Of a stretch of 64,000 nt of DNA, positions 50,804 through 58,404 are shown piece after piece. The translations under genes and the position numbers were made by a program. The notes under the pieces are model-generated. The model saw nothing but the letters and a program-made list of their open reading frames with translations. It did no database searches and was not told the DNA's origin. The DNA is from Thermoanaerobaculia bacterium (GTDB lineage: Bacteria > Acidobacteriota > Thermoanaerobaculia > Multivoradales > JAGPDF01), in assembly GCA_963712855.1 (NCBI GenBank), contig CAVQJN010000002.1, positions 804,405 to 868,404 on the forward strand, in the 5' to 3' direction. Position 1 is the first letter of the stretch. Each line of letters opens with the position of its first letter.

Positions 50804-51423
50804 AGACTTGCACCGACTTCGAGCTTGACCTTTCGTCGCTGATCGACGGCGAGCTCGCCGGCGAGGCGGCGCTGGCCGCGATCGACCATCTGCTCGAGTG
50901 CGCGCCGTGCGCGGAATTCTTCCGCGGCGCGCGCCGGCTGGAGGGCGTGGCCGCGCAGCTGCGGACAGCTCCCGACGAGCTCGCCGCGCCGGCCGCCGAG
51001 TACCTCTGGCCGACCCTCGGGACGCGGGCCGAGAAGGAGCCCGGGGCGGCGTCCGGGGCGCGGGTACCCCCGCGCGGCGTGCCGGCATGGCTGCGAGCCG
51101 CCGCCCTGGTGGTGATCGGGCTGGGTGGTGGCTTCGCCCTGGCCACCGTCGCCGGACCGTCCTCGTCGCTCGGCGATTCCCTCGCCGCCGCCCGCCCGGC
51201 CGGTTTGACGGCCGCGCGCGCGCTGCCACTCGACGACCACCGTTTCGTCGCGCTGGCGGACCAGCTGTTGGGCTCTGATCCGCGCTACCAGCGGGCGATG
51301 CTGCAACTGCTCCGTCTGGTGCCGGCCCTCGAAACCGGCGAGGGAACGGAGCGCGAGAACCAACCCCCCCATCTGGTGACGGCATCGCTGCGCGAGGAAC
51401 GGCCTCGCCGGGGCGCGCGATGA
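50800..51423 (+). CDS. Anti-sigma factor (zinc-finger/ZAS-like N-terminus, one TM)
   Basis: The ATG at 50800 overlaps the sigma factor stop. The N-terminus is CTDFELDLSSLIDGEL...HLLECAPCAEFF (H-x3-C-x2-C). The TM segment is AAALVVIGLGGGFALATVA. Confidence 0.7.
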   Translation: MKTCTDFELDLSSLIDGELAGEAALAAIDHLLECAPCAEFFRGARRLEGVAAQLRTAPDELAAPAAEYLWPTLGTRAEKEPGAASGARVPPRGVPAWLRAAALVVIGLGGGFALATVAGPSSSLGDSLAAARPAGLTAARALPLDDHRFVALADQLLGSDPRYQRAMLQLLRLVPALETGEGTERENQPPHLVTASLREERPRRGAR

Positions 51424-52673
51424 ACCCCGCCGGACTGACTGTGACAGGAGTCGATGCGATGAGACACGCCACTTGGATCTTGCTCGCCGGGCTCGGCTTG
51501 TCGGCGCTTCCCGCCGCCGCGGCGCCCGACGTGAGTGGGTACCTTCACGGAACGATCGAAACGACCTCGGGGAATCAGTACGAGGGCCTGCTGCGCTGGG
51601 GCACCGAAGAGGCGTTCTGGGACGATCACTTCAACGCCTCGAAACTGGACGAACCGTCGACCGGGACGCTTCCGGACGGCTACCGCCGGCGTACCCGCCA
51701 CGTCAAAGTCTTCGGGCTCGAAGTCTCGGGGCCCTGGCAGAAGGCCTGGGAGCAGCGCCAGCTCATCGCCCGTTTCGGCGATCTCGCGGAGATCGATCCG
51801 CGTGGCGACGGAGCGACCATCACGCTGCGCAACGGGCGCACGATGCGCATCGACGGCGGCTCGAACGACGTTGGCGCCGAGATTACGGTCTGGGACGCCT
51901 CGCTGGGCAAGGTCGCGGTCAAATGGGACCGGATCCGCTCGATCCGCTTCTCGGCCACGCCGGCCGACGCCCATCCCGAGGGGGAACGCTTGCGCGCCAA
52001 AGTCCACACCTCGGTCGGCGACTTCTCGGGATTCCTGCAGTGGGACAGCCAGGAGTGCCTGACGACCGACTTGCTGGACGGCGAAACCGACGACGGCGAC
52101 ATGTCGATCCCGATGGGCAAGATCCGTTCGATCGAACGGCTGAGTCGCCGCTCGTCGCGGGTGGTATTGCTGGACGGCCGCACGGTCGAGCTCTCTGGCA
52201 CCAACGACGTCGACGCCTCGATCCGTAACATCCTGGTCGAGGATCCGCGCTACGGCCGGGTCGAGATCCCATGGAGCGTATTCGAGAAGGCGGACCTCGA
52301 GGTGGCGGAGAGCTCCGGTCGTGGCTACGACGACTACCCGCCGCTGGGCCCGATCGAGGCGAAGGTGACCACGGTCGACGGCAGGTCCCGCAGTGGACCG
52401 ATCGCCTTCGACCTCGACGAGACGGAACGATGGGAGTTTCTCGACGGCTCGCAGGACGACGTCGAGTACCACATCCCCTTCTACCGGGTGAAGGAGATCC
52501 GGCGTCTTTCGGGACGACGCACCGAAGTGACCCTCGACAACGGGCAGAAGCTGCGTCTGGAGAGTGAAGTCGACGTCGACGACGACAACGCCGGAATCGC
52601 CTTCTTCAAGGCCGATGGTGGTACCGCCGTCTATTTCAGCTGGGACGACATCGACAGGATCGAACTACGATAA
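51420..52673 (+). CDS. Secreted protein made of three ~125-aa internal repeats, unknown family
   Basis: The ATG at 51420 overlaps the anti-sigma stop (ATGA). An alternative start, MRHATW at 51459, gives a cleaner signal peptide (LLAGLGLSALPAAAAP). The repeats begin near GYLHGTIETTSG, RAKVHTSVGDFSG and IEAKVTTVDGRS. Confidence 0.65.
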   Translation: MNPAGLTVTGVDAMRHATWILLAGLGLSALPAAAAPDVSGYLHGTIETTSGNQYEGLLRWGTEEAFWDDHFNASKLDEPSTGTLPDGYRRRTRHVKVFGLEVSGPWQKAWEQRQLIARFGDLAEIDPRGDGATITLRNGRTMRIDGGSNDVGAEITVWDASLGKVAVKWDRIRSIRFSATPADAHPEGERLRAKVHTSVGDFSGFLQWDSQECLTTDLLDGETDDGDMSIPMGKIRSIERLSRRSSRVVLLDGRTVELSGTNDVDASIRNILVEDPRYGRVEIPWSVFEKADLEVAESSGRGYDDYPPLGPIEAKVTTVDGRSRSGPIAFDLDETERWEFLDGSQDDVEYHIPFYRVKEIRRLSGRRTEVTLDNGQKLRLESEVDVDDDNAGIAFFKADGGTAVYFSWDDIDRIELR

Positions 52674-52804
52674 GTCGCCCCGAAATCGGCTGGGCCGCGG
52701 GGGATCCGCTCCCCTTCGCCACGTAGACCCGACCCGAAGCCCTCGTGTCCGCCGTGCCGGTCACGTCGCCCGGTCGTCTCCCGACCGTCTTAAACTCTTC
52801 GCCG

Positions 52805-54922
52805 ATGGAGAGGGAGACGCTCAAGCGCGCGCCGGAGCGCGAGGACGGGAACGGGGCCGGATCGCCCCCGGATCCGTTCTTCAATCGCGAGCTCTCGTGG
52901 CTCGAGTTCGATCGCCGGGTCCTCCACGAGGCGGAGGACAGGAGCTCGCCGCTGCTCGACCGGCTGCGGTTCGTCGCCATCTTCGCGGCCAACCTCGACG
53001 AGTTCTTCATGAAGCGGGTGGGCGGCCTGAAGCTCCAGGCCGCGAGCGCCAAGCCGACCCTCTCCCCGGATGGCCGCTCGGCCGGAGAACAGCTCGCGGC
53101 GATCCGCGACGCGGTGCTGCCGCTGAACGAGCAGCAGCGGAGGCTGCTCGCTGAAGATCTCTTGCCGGAGCTGGCCCGTCACGGCGTCGAGATCCTGCGT
53201 TGGGCGAATCTCTCGGCGGACGAGCAGGCCTGGGCGGAGCGCTATTTCGTCACCCATCTCTTTCCGATCCTGACGCCACTCGGACTCGACACCTCGCATC
53301 CGTTCCCGTTCATCTCGAACCTCTCCCTCTCGCTCGCTGTGGCGGTGCGCAACCCGGCGAGCGGCGAGATGCGGTTCGCGCGCGTCAAGGTTCCGCCGTC
53401 GCTGCCGCGTTGGGTGCAGCTCCCCGACGGATTCCGGATGCTGCCGCTCGAGGAGTTGATCGCGGCGCAGCTCGAGGGCCTGTTCCCCGGCCAGGAGCTG
53501 CTCGAGACCTACGCCTTCCGGGTCACCCGCGCGGCCGACGTGGCGCGCCACGAAGAGCCGGCGGAGGATCTGCTGGAGTCGATCCAGGAGGAGCTCCTCG
53601 AGCGTCGTTTCGCCGCCGTGGTGCGGCTCGAGGTCGTGGCGGGGATGCCGACCTGGATGCGCTCGTTGCTGGCCGAGGAGCTCGAGTGCTCGCCGGACGA
53701 CATCTACGAGGATGCGCCACCCCTGGCGGCGCGCGACCTCTTCCAGCTGCTCGCCCTGCCGCTGCCGGCGCCGCGCGGAGCGGCTTGGCAGCCGGTCACC
53801 CATCCGCGCCTGGTGTCCGGGCTCGATGGCCAGGAGCCCGACCTCTTCCGGGTGATCCGCGCGGGCGACGTTCTGGTCCACCATCCGTACGACTCCTTCG
53901 CCACCTCGGTGCAGCGCTTCCTGCAGCAGGCCGCCGAGGACCCCGGGGTGCTGGCCATCAAACAGACGCTCTACCGGACCTCGAAGAGCTCGCCGGTGGT
54001 GCAGGCGTTGATCGAAGCGGCCGAACGCGGCAAGCAGGTGGCGGTGCTGGTGGAGCTGCGGGCGAGCTTCGACGAGCAGCGCAACATCGAGTGGGCCGAG
54101 GCGTTGGAGGGGGCGGGCGCCCACGTGGCGTATGGCGTGCTCGGGTACAAGACGCACGCCAAGGTGTCGCTGGTGGTCCGGCAGGAGGCCGACGGTTTGC
54201 TCTCCTACGCCCATATCGCGACGGGCAATTACAACACCGACACGGCCGAGCTCTACACCGACCTGGGGCTCTTCACCTGCGATCCGGAGATCGCCGCCGA
54301 CACCGCGCAACTCTTCAATCTGCTGACCTCTGGACACCTCGGGAGTCAGCGCTTCACGCGCCTGCTCGTCGCGCCGGTCAACATGCGCTCCGGCATCCTC
54401 GAGCGCATCCGCCGGGAGACCGCGAAGGCGCGCTCCGGGCGTGGCGGGCGAATCGTCGCCAAGATGAACTCGCTCGAGGACCCGGAGATCGTGCAGGCCC
54501 TCTACGAAGCCTCGGGATCGGGGGTCGAGATCGATCTGATCGTGCGCGGCGTCTGCCGGCTGCGACCGGGCGTGTCCGGGCTCTCGGAGACGATTCGAGT
54601 GATCTCGATCGTCGGCCACTTCCTCGAGCACGCCCGCATCTTCGTGTTCGGCGAGGGTGGGGAGGGCGAGTCCTTCATCGGTTCCGCGGACTGGATGTCG
54701 CGCAATCTCGACCGGCGAGTCGAGGCGACCGTGCCGATCGCGGCGCCCGCGCTGCGGGCGGAGCTACAGGCGATCCTCGACGCCCAACTCGCCGACAACT
54801 GCAAGGCCTGGGAGCTGCGCGCCGACGGCTCCTGGGAGCAGCGGTGCCCCGCGGCGGGCGAGCCGGCACGCTCCAGTCAGGTCGCCTTGACCGAGGCGGC
54901 GTTGGCGCGCCTCGTGCGCTGA
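52805..54922 (+). CDS. ppk1: Polyphosphate kinase 1
   Basis: FFNRELSWLEFDRRVLHEA lies at the N-terminus. The two PLD-like regions are YKTHAKVSLVVR and FLEHARIFVF. The start is taken at the ATG at 52805, while the ORF opens at 52745. Confidence 0.9.
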   Translation: MERETLKRAPEREDGNGAGSPPDPFFNRELSWLEFDRRVLHEAEDRSSPLLDRLRFVAIFAANLDEFFMKRVGGLKLQAASAKPTLSPDGRSAGEQLAAIRDAVLPLNEQQRRLLAEDLLPELARHGVEILRWANLSADEQAWAERYFVTHLFPILTPLGLDTSHPFPFISNLSLSLAVAVRNPASGEMRFARVKVPPSLPRWVQLPDGFRMLPLEELIAAQLEGLFPGQELLETYAFRVTRAADVARHEEPAEDLLESIQEELLERRFAAVVRLEVVAGMPTWMRSLLAEELECSPDDIYEDAPPLAARDLFQLLALPLPAPRGAAWQPVTHPRLVSGLDGQEPDLFRVIRAGDVLVHHPYDSFATSVQRFLQQAAEDPGVLAIKQTLYRTSKSSPVVQALIEAAERGKQVAVLVELRASFDEQRNIEWAEALEGAGAHVAYGVLGYKTHAKVSLVVRQEADGLLSYAHIATGNYNTDTAELYTDLGLFTCDPEIAADTAQLFNLLTSGHLGSQRFTRLLVAPVNMRSGILERIRRETAKARSGRGGRIVAKMNSLEDPEIVQALYEASGSGVEIDLIVRGVCRLRPGVSGLSETIRVISIVGHFLEHARIFVFGEGGEGESFIGSADWMSRNLDRRVEATVPIAAPALRAELQAILDAQLADNCKAWELRADGSWEQRCPAAGEPARSSQVALTEAALARLVR

Positions 54923-55911
54923 GCGCGCTCGCCGCCGAGCTCTGCCTCGAGACGACGCATCGCCTCCCCGAGCGCCGCGCTCGCAGTCGCTTCATCGTTC
55001 AGCCACTCGTCTGAGAGACGTTCGCGAAGCGCGGCGCGGCGCGGCGCGATGCGGCGCTCGATCTCTCTCAAGCCCGTGCGCTCGGGCGGGCGGCGCACCT
55101 TCTCGCTTCCCGACGCGAGGGCCCGCAGGGCGGTTGCCTCCAGCTCCGCCGCGGCGCGCGCGGCGATGTCGGCGAGCTGGCGCAGGTCGTTGACCTCGCC
55201 GAGGATGTCCTGAAGCGCGCGGAGCCGCGCCAGTGCCGGCTTGGCGGAGGAGAGACCCTCGCAGGCCGGCTCGATCAGGTAGCGCAGTCGCTTGGCGGCG
55301 ATGCGGGCGGCGTGGACCGCCGCGTCGTCACCGTCGCGCGCCGCAGCGAGAGCGCCCGCGAAGGCGCCCCAGAGACCGCGCAATCGCTCGGCAAGATCCC
55401 GACGGAAGGAAGCGACGACGGGTGCCCCGTCGAGCCGTAGCTCGATCCGGTAGCGGCCCAGCCGATCCGTCAAGCGGCCGGCGAGCTGGTCGAAGGTGGG
55501 CAGCAGCTCCCCGGTCGCGCTCCGGTGGGTTGCCGCCAGGGTCCGCTCGAGCCGTTCCCGCAGGAAGGCGAGACCGCGCCGTTGCGATCGGGTCGGCTCC
55601 GGTAGCAGACGGTCAAGCTCCAGAAGCCCCACCTCCGCATCCCGTGCGGCGTTCGTGGCTCCGGCGAGCCGCTTGAGTCGGCGCCGCGCCTTGCCGCCGA
55701 CCGCGTCGCCGAGGTCGCGTGGATAGGCGCGCAGGAGGGTGCGCAGGCGGCGCAACGCCACCCGAAAGTCATGCAGCGCTTCGGAATCCTCGCCCTCTTC
55801 GAGAGCGCGTCTTGCCTCCGCGGCGCGGTCGAGCTGCGCCAGCGCGAGTCGTCGAACCGCCTCACCGGTGTCGCGGTCGAGCAGGTCCTGGGGAAGCGCC
55901 GGCCCGGTCAT
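54877..55911 (-). CDS. CHAD domain protein
   Basis: ALHDFRVALRRLRTLLRAY and a second AVHAARIAAKRLRYLIE helix pair are typical of CHAD. Its 3' end overlaps the ppk1 3' end by 46 nt (convergent). Confidence 0.75.
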   Translation of the reverse strand: MTGPALPQDLLDRDTGEAVRRLALAQLDRAAEARRALEEGEDSEALHDFRVALRRLRTLLRAYPRDLGDAVGGKARRRLKRLAGATNAARDAEVGLLELDRLLPEPTRSQRRGLAFLRERLERTLAATHRSATGELLPTFDQLAGRLTDRLGRYRIELRLDGAPVVASFRRDLAERLRGLWGAFAGALAAARDGDDAAVHAARIAAKRLRYLIEPACEGLSSAKPALARLRALQDILGEVNDLRQLADIAARAAAELEATALRALASGSEKVRRPPERTGLREIERRIAPRRAALRERLSDEWLNDEATASAALGEAMRRLEAELGGERAQRTRRANAASVKAT

Positions 55912-56411
55912 GGCGCCAGCTCGCGCAGCTGCGCCGGCGTCAGATGCCAGAGCAGGGTGGCCGTACCGGGTCGCAGCCCATCGGCGACCTCCAGCCATGC
56001 GGCGCTGCCCTTCTTGAAACGCAGGAAGGAGCGCTCGCTGCCGGCGAGCAGGTAAGCGGCGAGCATGGCGAGGTCGGGCTCGTGGCCGACCGCGGCGAGG
56101 GCGTCGCCTCCACCCAGCCGGCCGAGCTCTCGAGCCGCTTCGGTGGGCGAGCCACCGGGGGCAAGGCTCGGGATCTCGATGGGTTCGGCTCGATGACCGT
56201 AACCGCGGGCGAGGATCTCCGCCGTCTCGCGGGCCCGCCGCAAGGGGCTCGAAGCGACGCGATCGATTCCCGGAGCGAGCGCGATCAGGGCGCGCGCGGC
56301 GAGCTCGAAATTTTCGCGTCCGGGGCCGGTCAACGGCCGATCGGCATCGGTGCCTCCCAAGGCGGGACGCTCGGCCGTGAGGGCGTGACGCACCAGAAGG
56401 AGCCGCAGCAC
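55908..56411 (-). CDS. sixA: Histidine phosphatase family protein (SixA-like)
   Basis: The GTG at 56411 starts VLRLLLVRHA (RHA/RHG motif), with ...SSPLRRARETA and ...VGHEPDL following. Its stop overlaps the CHAD start. Confidence 0.7.
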   Translation of the reverse strand: MLRLLLVRHALTAERPALGGTDADRPLTGPGRENFELAARALIALAPGIDRVASSPLRRARETAEILARGYGHRAEPIEIPSLAPGGSPTEAARELGRLGGGDALAAVGHEPDLAMLAAYLLAGSERSFLRFKKGSAAWLEVADGLRPGTATLLWHLTPAQLRELAP

Positions 56412-56506
56412 GACGGAAATGTAGCAGAGGAGGCTCGGCGGGGAGACGGGCGGCCCGGCTCGTATCGGTGAAGACGGAATCCTGGCGCCCCGCGGCCGCG
56501 CGCGGC

Positions 56507-57190
56507 TCAGACGCGCAGCCGGTAGCCGACCCCGATCACCGTTTCGATGCTGCCGGAAGCGGAGCCCAGCTTGCGGCGCAGCCGCCGCACGTGCGTGTCG
56601 ACCGTGCGGCTGTCCACGTCCTCCGCGTAGCCCCAGACGTCGGAGAGCAGGCGAGCTCGCGTTTGCACGCGCCCCTGCCGTTCGATCAATACCTGGAGCA
56701 GGCGAAACTCCGTCGCGGTCAGCTCCACGTCGCGGCCGCGCACCTGCACGCTGTGGGCGTCCGGATCGAGGCGGATCGAGCCCGCCTCGAGGGGTGGAGC
56801 CGTCTCTTCCTCCACCTGCCGACGTCGCAATATCGCCTTGATGCGCAAGACGACTTCGCGGGGACTGAACGGCTTGGGTATGTAGTCGTCGGCACCCAGT
56901 TCGAGGCCGACGATGCGATCCACTTCCTCGCCCTTGGCGGTCAGCATGACGAGCGGCACGCGTGCGGTGGCGGGCTCGCGCTTGAGCATGCGGGTGAGCT
57001 CCAGGCCATCCAGGCCGGGCAACATCAGATCGAGCACCGCGAGATCCGGCGGCTGACGCCGAATCGACTCCAACGCCGTGTCGCCGCGGCGCTGCACCTC
57101 GACGCGAAAGCCTGCTTTCTCGAGATTGAACTTGAGAACTTCGGCGATGTCCGGCTCGTCTTCGACGACCAGGATTCGCTTGTCGCTCAT
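56507..57190 (-). CDS. phoB: OmpR/PhoB-family response regulator
   Basis: The receiver domain shows ILVVEDEPDI, DLAVLDLMLPGLDG and DDYIPKPF. The winged-helix output domain shows LTATEFRLLQVL...TVDTHVRRLRRKL..GVGYRL. The PhoB assignment rests on context. Confidence 0.75.
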   Translation of the reverse strand: MSDKRILVVEDEPDIAEVLKFNLEKAGFRVEVQRRGDTALESIRRQPPDLAVLDLMLPGLDGLELTRMLKREPATARVPLVMLTAKGEEVDRIVGLELGADDYIPKPFSPREVVLRIKAILRRRQVEEETAPPLEAGSIRLDPDAHSVQVRGRDVELTATEFRLLQVLIERQGRVQTRARLLSDVWGYAEDVDSRTVDTHVRRLRRKLGSASGSIETVIGVGYRLRV

Positions 57191-57414
57191 GGGCGCGGCA
57201 ATGTAGCACGCGCCTTCCGCAGCAGTTGCGGAAATCCCTGCGGAGAAGACCCCTGTCGGGTGGCGCCGAGGCCCATGCAGCGGCGGCCGCGCGCGCTTTG
57301 CACAAGAATCTGTGCTGCGCGAGTAAGTCGTGTGATTACAGTTAGTTGCTGGCAAGTAACTGCGACGCTTGGACTAATTCGCGCGGGTCGCGCGATCGAT
57401 TTCCACAGTGCCGC

Positions 57415-57432
57415 GTGACGGGCCGGTGACAG
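57415..57432. promoter_or_regulatory. Pho-box-like direct repeat in the phoB/57516 divergent region
   Basis: GTGACGG-GCCG-GTGACAG reads on the minus strand as CTGTCAC-CGGC-CCGTCAC. It lies 29 nt upstream of the -35 of the promoter at 57461 and about 225 nt upstream of phoB. Confidence 0.4.
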
Positions 57433-57460
57433 CGAACGCAACTCCTTGCAACGCTTCGGC

Positions 57461-57489
57461 TTGACACCTGTCGGACCGGGCCGTACATT
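57461..57489 (+). promoter_or_regulatory. Near-consensus sigma-70-type promoter for the 57516 gene
   Basis: TTGACA lies at 57461-57466 and TACATT at 57484-57489, separated by an exactly 17-nt spacer. A GGGGAGA RBS lies about 5 nt before the ATG at 57516. Confidence 0.6.
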
Positions 57490-57515
57490 CGCCGCGTCGC
57501 TGCGGGGAGAACGCC

Positions 57516-57827
57516 ATGACCACGACCGCCACCATCCGTTCCTTCCTGATCTTCACCGGCACCGGACCGATCCTGGTGCTGTCGACCTACCCCGAGCTCA
57601 CCGATCCGCGGCTGATCGCCAAGCTGGGCTACAAGGGGATCACGAAGTTCATCGCCTACGAGGTGTCGCTCGAGGCCGTGCGACAGCGCTACGGCCAAGC
57701 GTTCACCAGCGCGGCGCGCGACCTGGACGAGGTCGAGGACATTCGAGTGGTCGACTTCAACGGGCACCAGATCATGACGAACTTCGCGCTCACCGAGCTC
57801 GGCGAGCCGATCAAGTTCGGGGACTGA
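57516..57827 (+). CDS. Small conserved-looking hypothetical protein (103 aa)
   Basis: It has a clean ATG, RBS and promoter, and reads MTTTATIRSFLIFTGTGPILVLSTYPELTDPRLIAKLGYKGITKFIAYEV.... No TM segment, signal peptide or motif that I can name is present. Confidence 0.65.
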   Translation: MTTTATIRSFLIFTGTGPILVLSTYPELTDPRLIAKLGYKGITKFIAYEVSLEAVRQRYGQAFTSAARDLDEVEDIRVVDFNGHQIMTNFALTELGEPIKFGD

Positions 57828-58404
57828 CGGGCGGATCGAGCTCCGCCAGCATCTCCTCGACGGCGGTCAGCGGCAGTCCGACGACATTGTCGTAGTCGCC
57901 TTCGAGCTGCTCGACAAAGGCGGCGGCTCCTCCTTGGATGGCATATGCGCCCGCTTTGTCGGAGGGCTCGTCGCTCGCAACGTAGTCCGCGATCTCGGAC
58001 TCGGAAAGAACGCGAAACGTGACCGCGGTGCGCACGGCGCGCCGGTGCACCCGTTCCACTCCTGCCCGACGGTCGAACACCGCCACCCCGGTCCAGACTT
58101 CGTGAGTTCGTCCAGACAGCTTCTGGAGCATGCGCCGGGCTTCGGCCTCGTCGCGCGGCTTGCCGAGGACCTGCTCACCGAGCGCCACCACCGTGTCCGC
58201 TCCCAACGCGACCTCTCCGGGCCGTGCTGCGGCGCGCGCCTTGGCGAGTGCCAGTCGTTCCACCATCTCGCGGGGGCTTTCTCCTGCCCTGGGCGTTTCG
58301 TCGACGTCGGTCGGCCGGATCGAGAACGGCATGCCCCGCCGGGTCAGCAGCTCGCGGCGGCGCGGCGACCCCGAGGCGAGCACCAGCTCGATCGGAGTGG
58401 TCAC
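57811..58404 (-). CDS. maf: Maf-like nucleoside triphosphate pyrophosphatase
   Basis: LVLASGSPRRRELL, ...GADTVV... and KAGAYAIQG are the classic Maf motifs. Confidence 0.9.
   Translation of the reverse strand: MTTPIELVLASGSPRRRELLTRRGMPFSIRPTDVDETPRAGESPREMVERLALAKARAAARPGEVALGADTVVALGEQVLGKPRDEAEARRMLQKLSGRTHEVWTGVAVFDRRAGVERVHRRAVRTAVTFRVLSESEIADYVASDEPSDKAGAYAIQGGAAAFVEQLEGDYDNVVGLPLTAVEEMLAELDPPVSPRT

Noticed and set aside
52674-52804. A possible Pho box upstream of ppk1 (CGGTCAC-GTCG-CCCGGTC).
   Set aside because: The second half-site matches poorly and the first deviates at the key CTGTCA positions, so it is not distinguishable from background GC-rich sequence.
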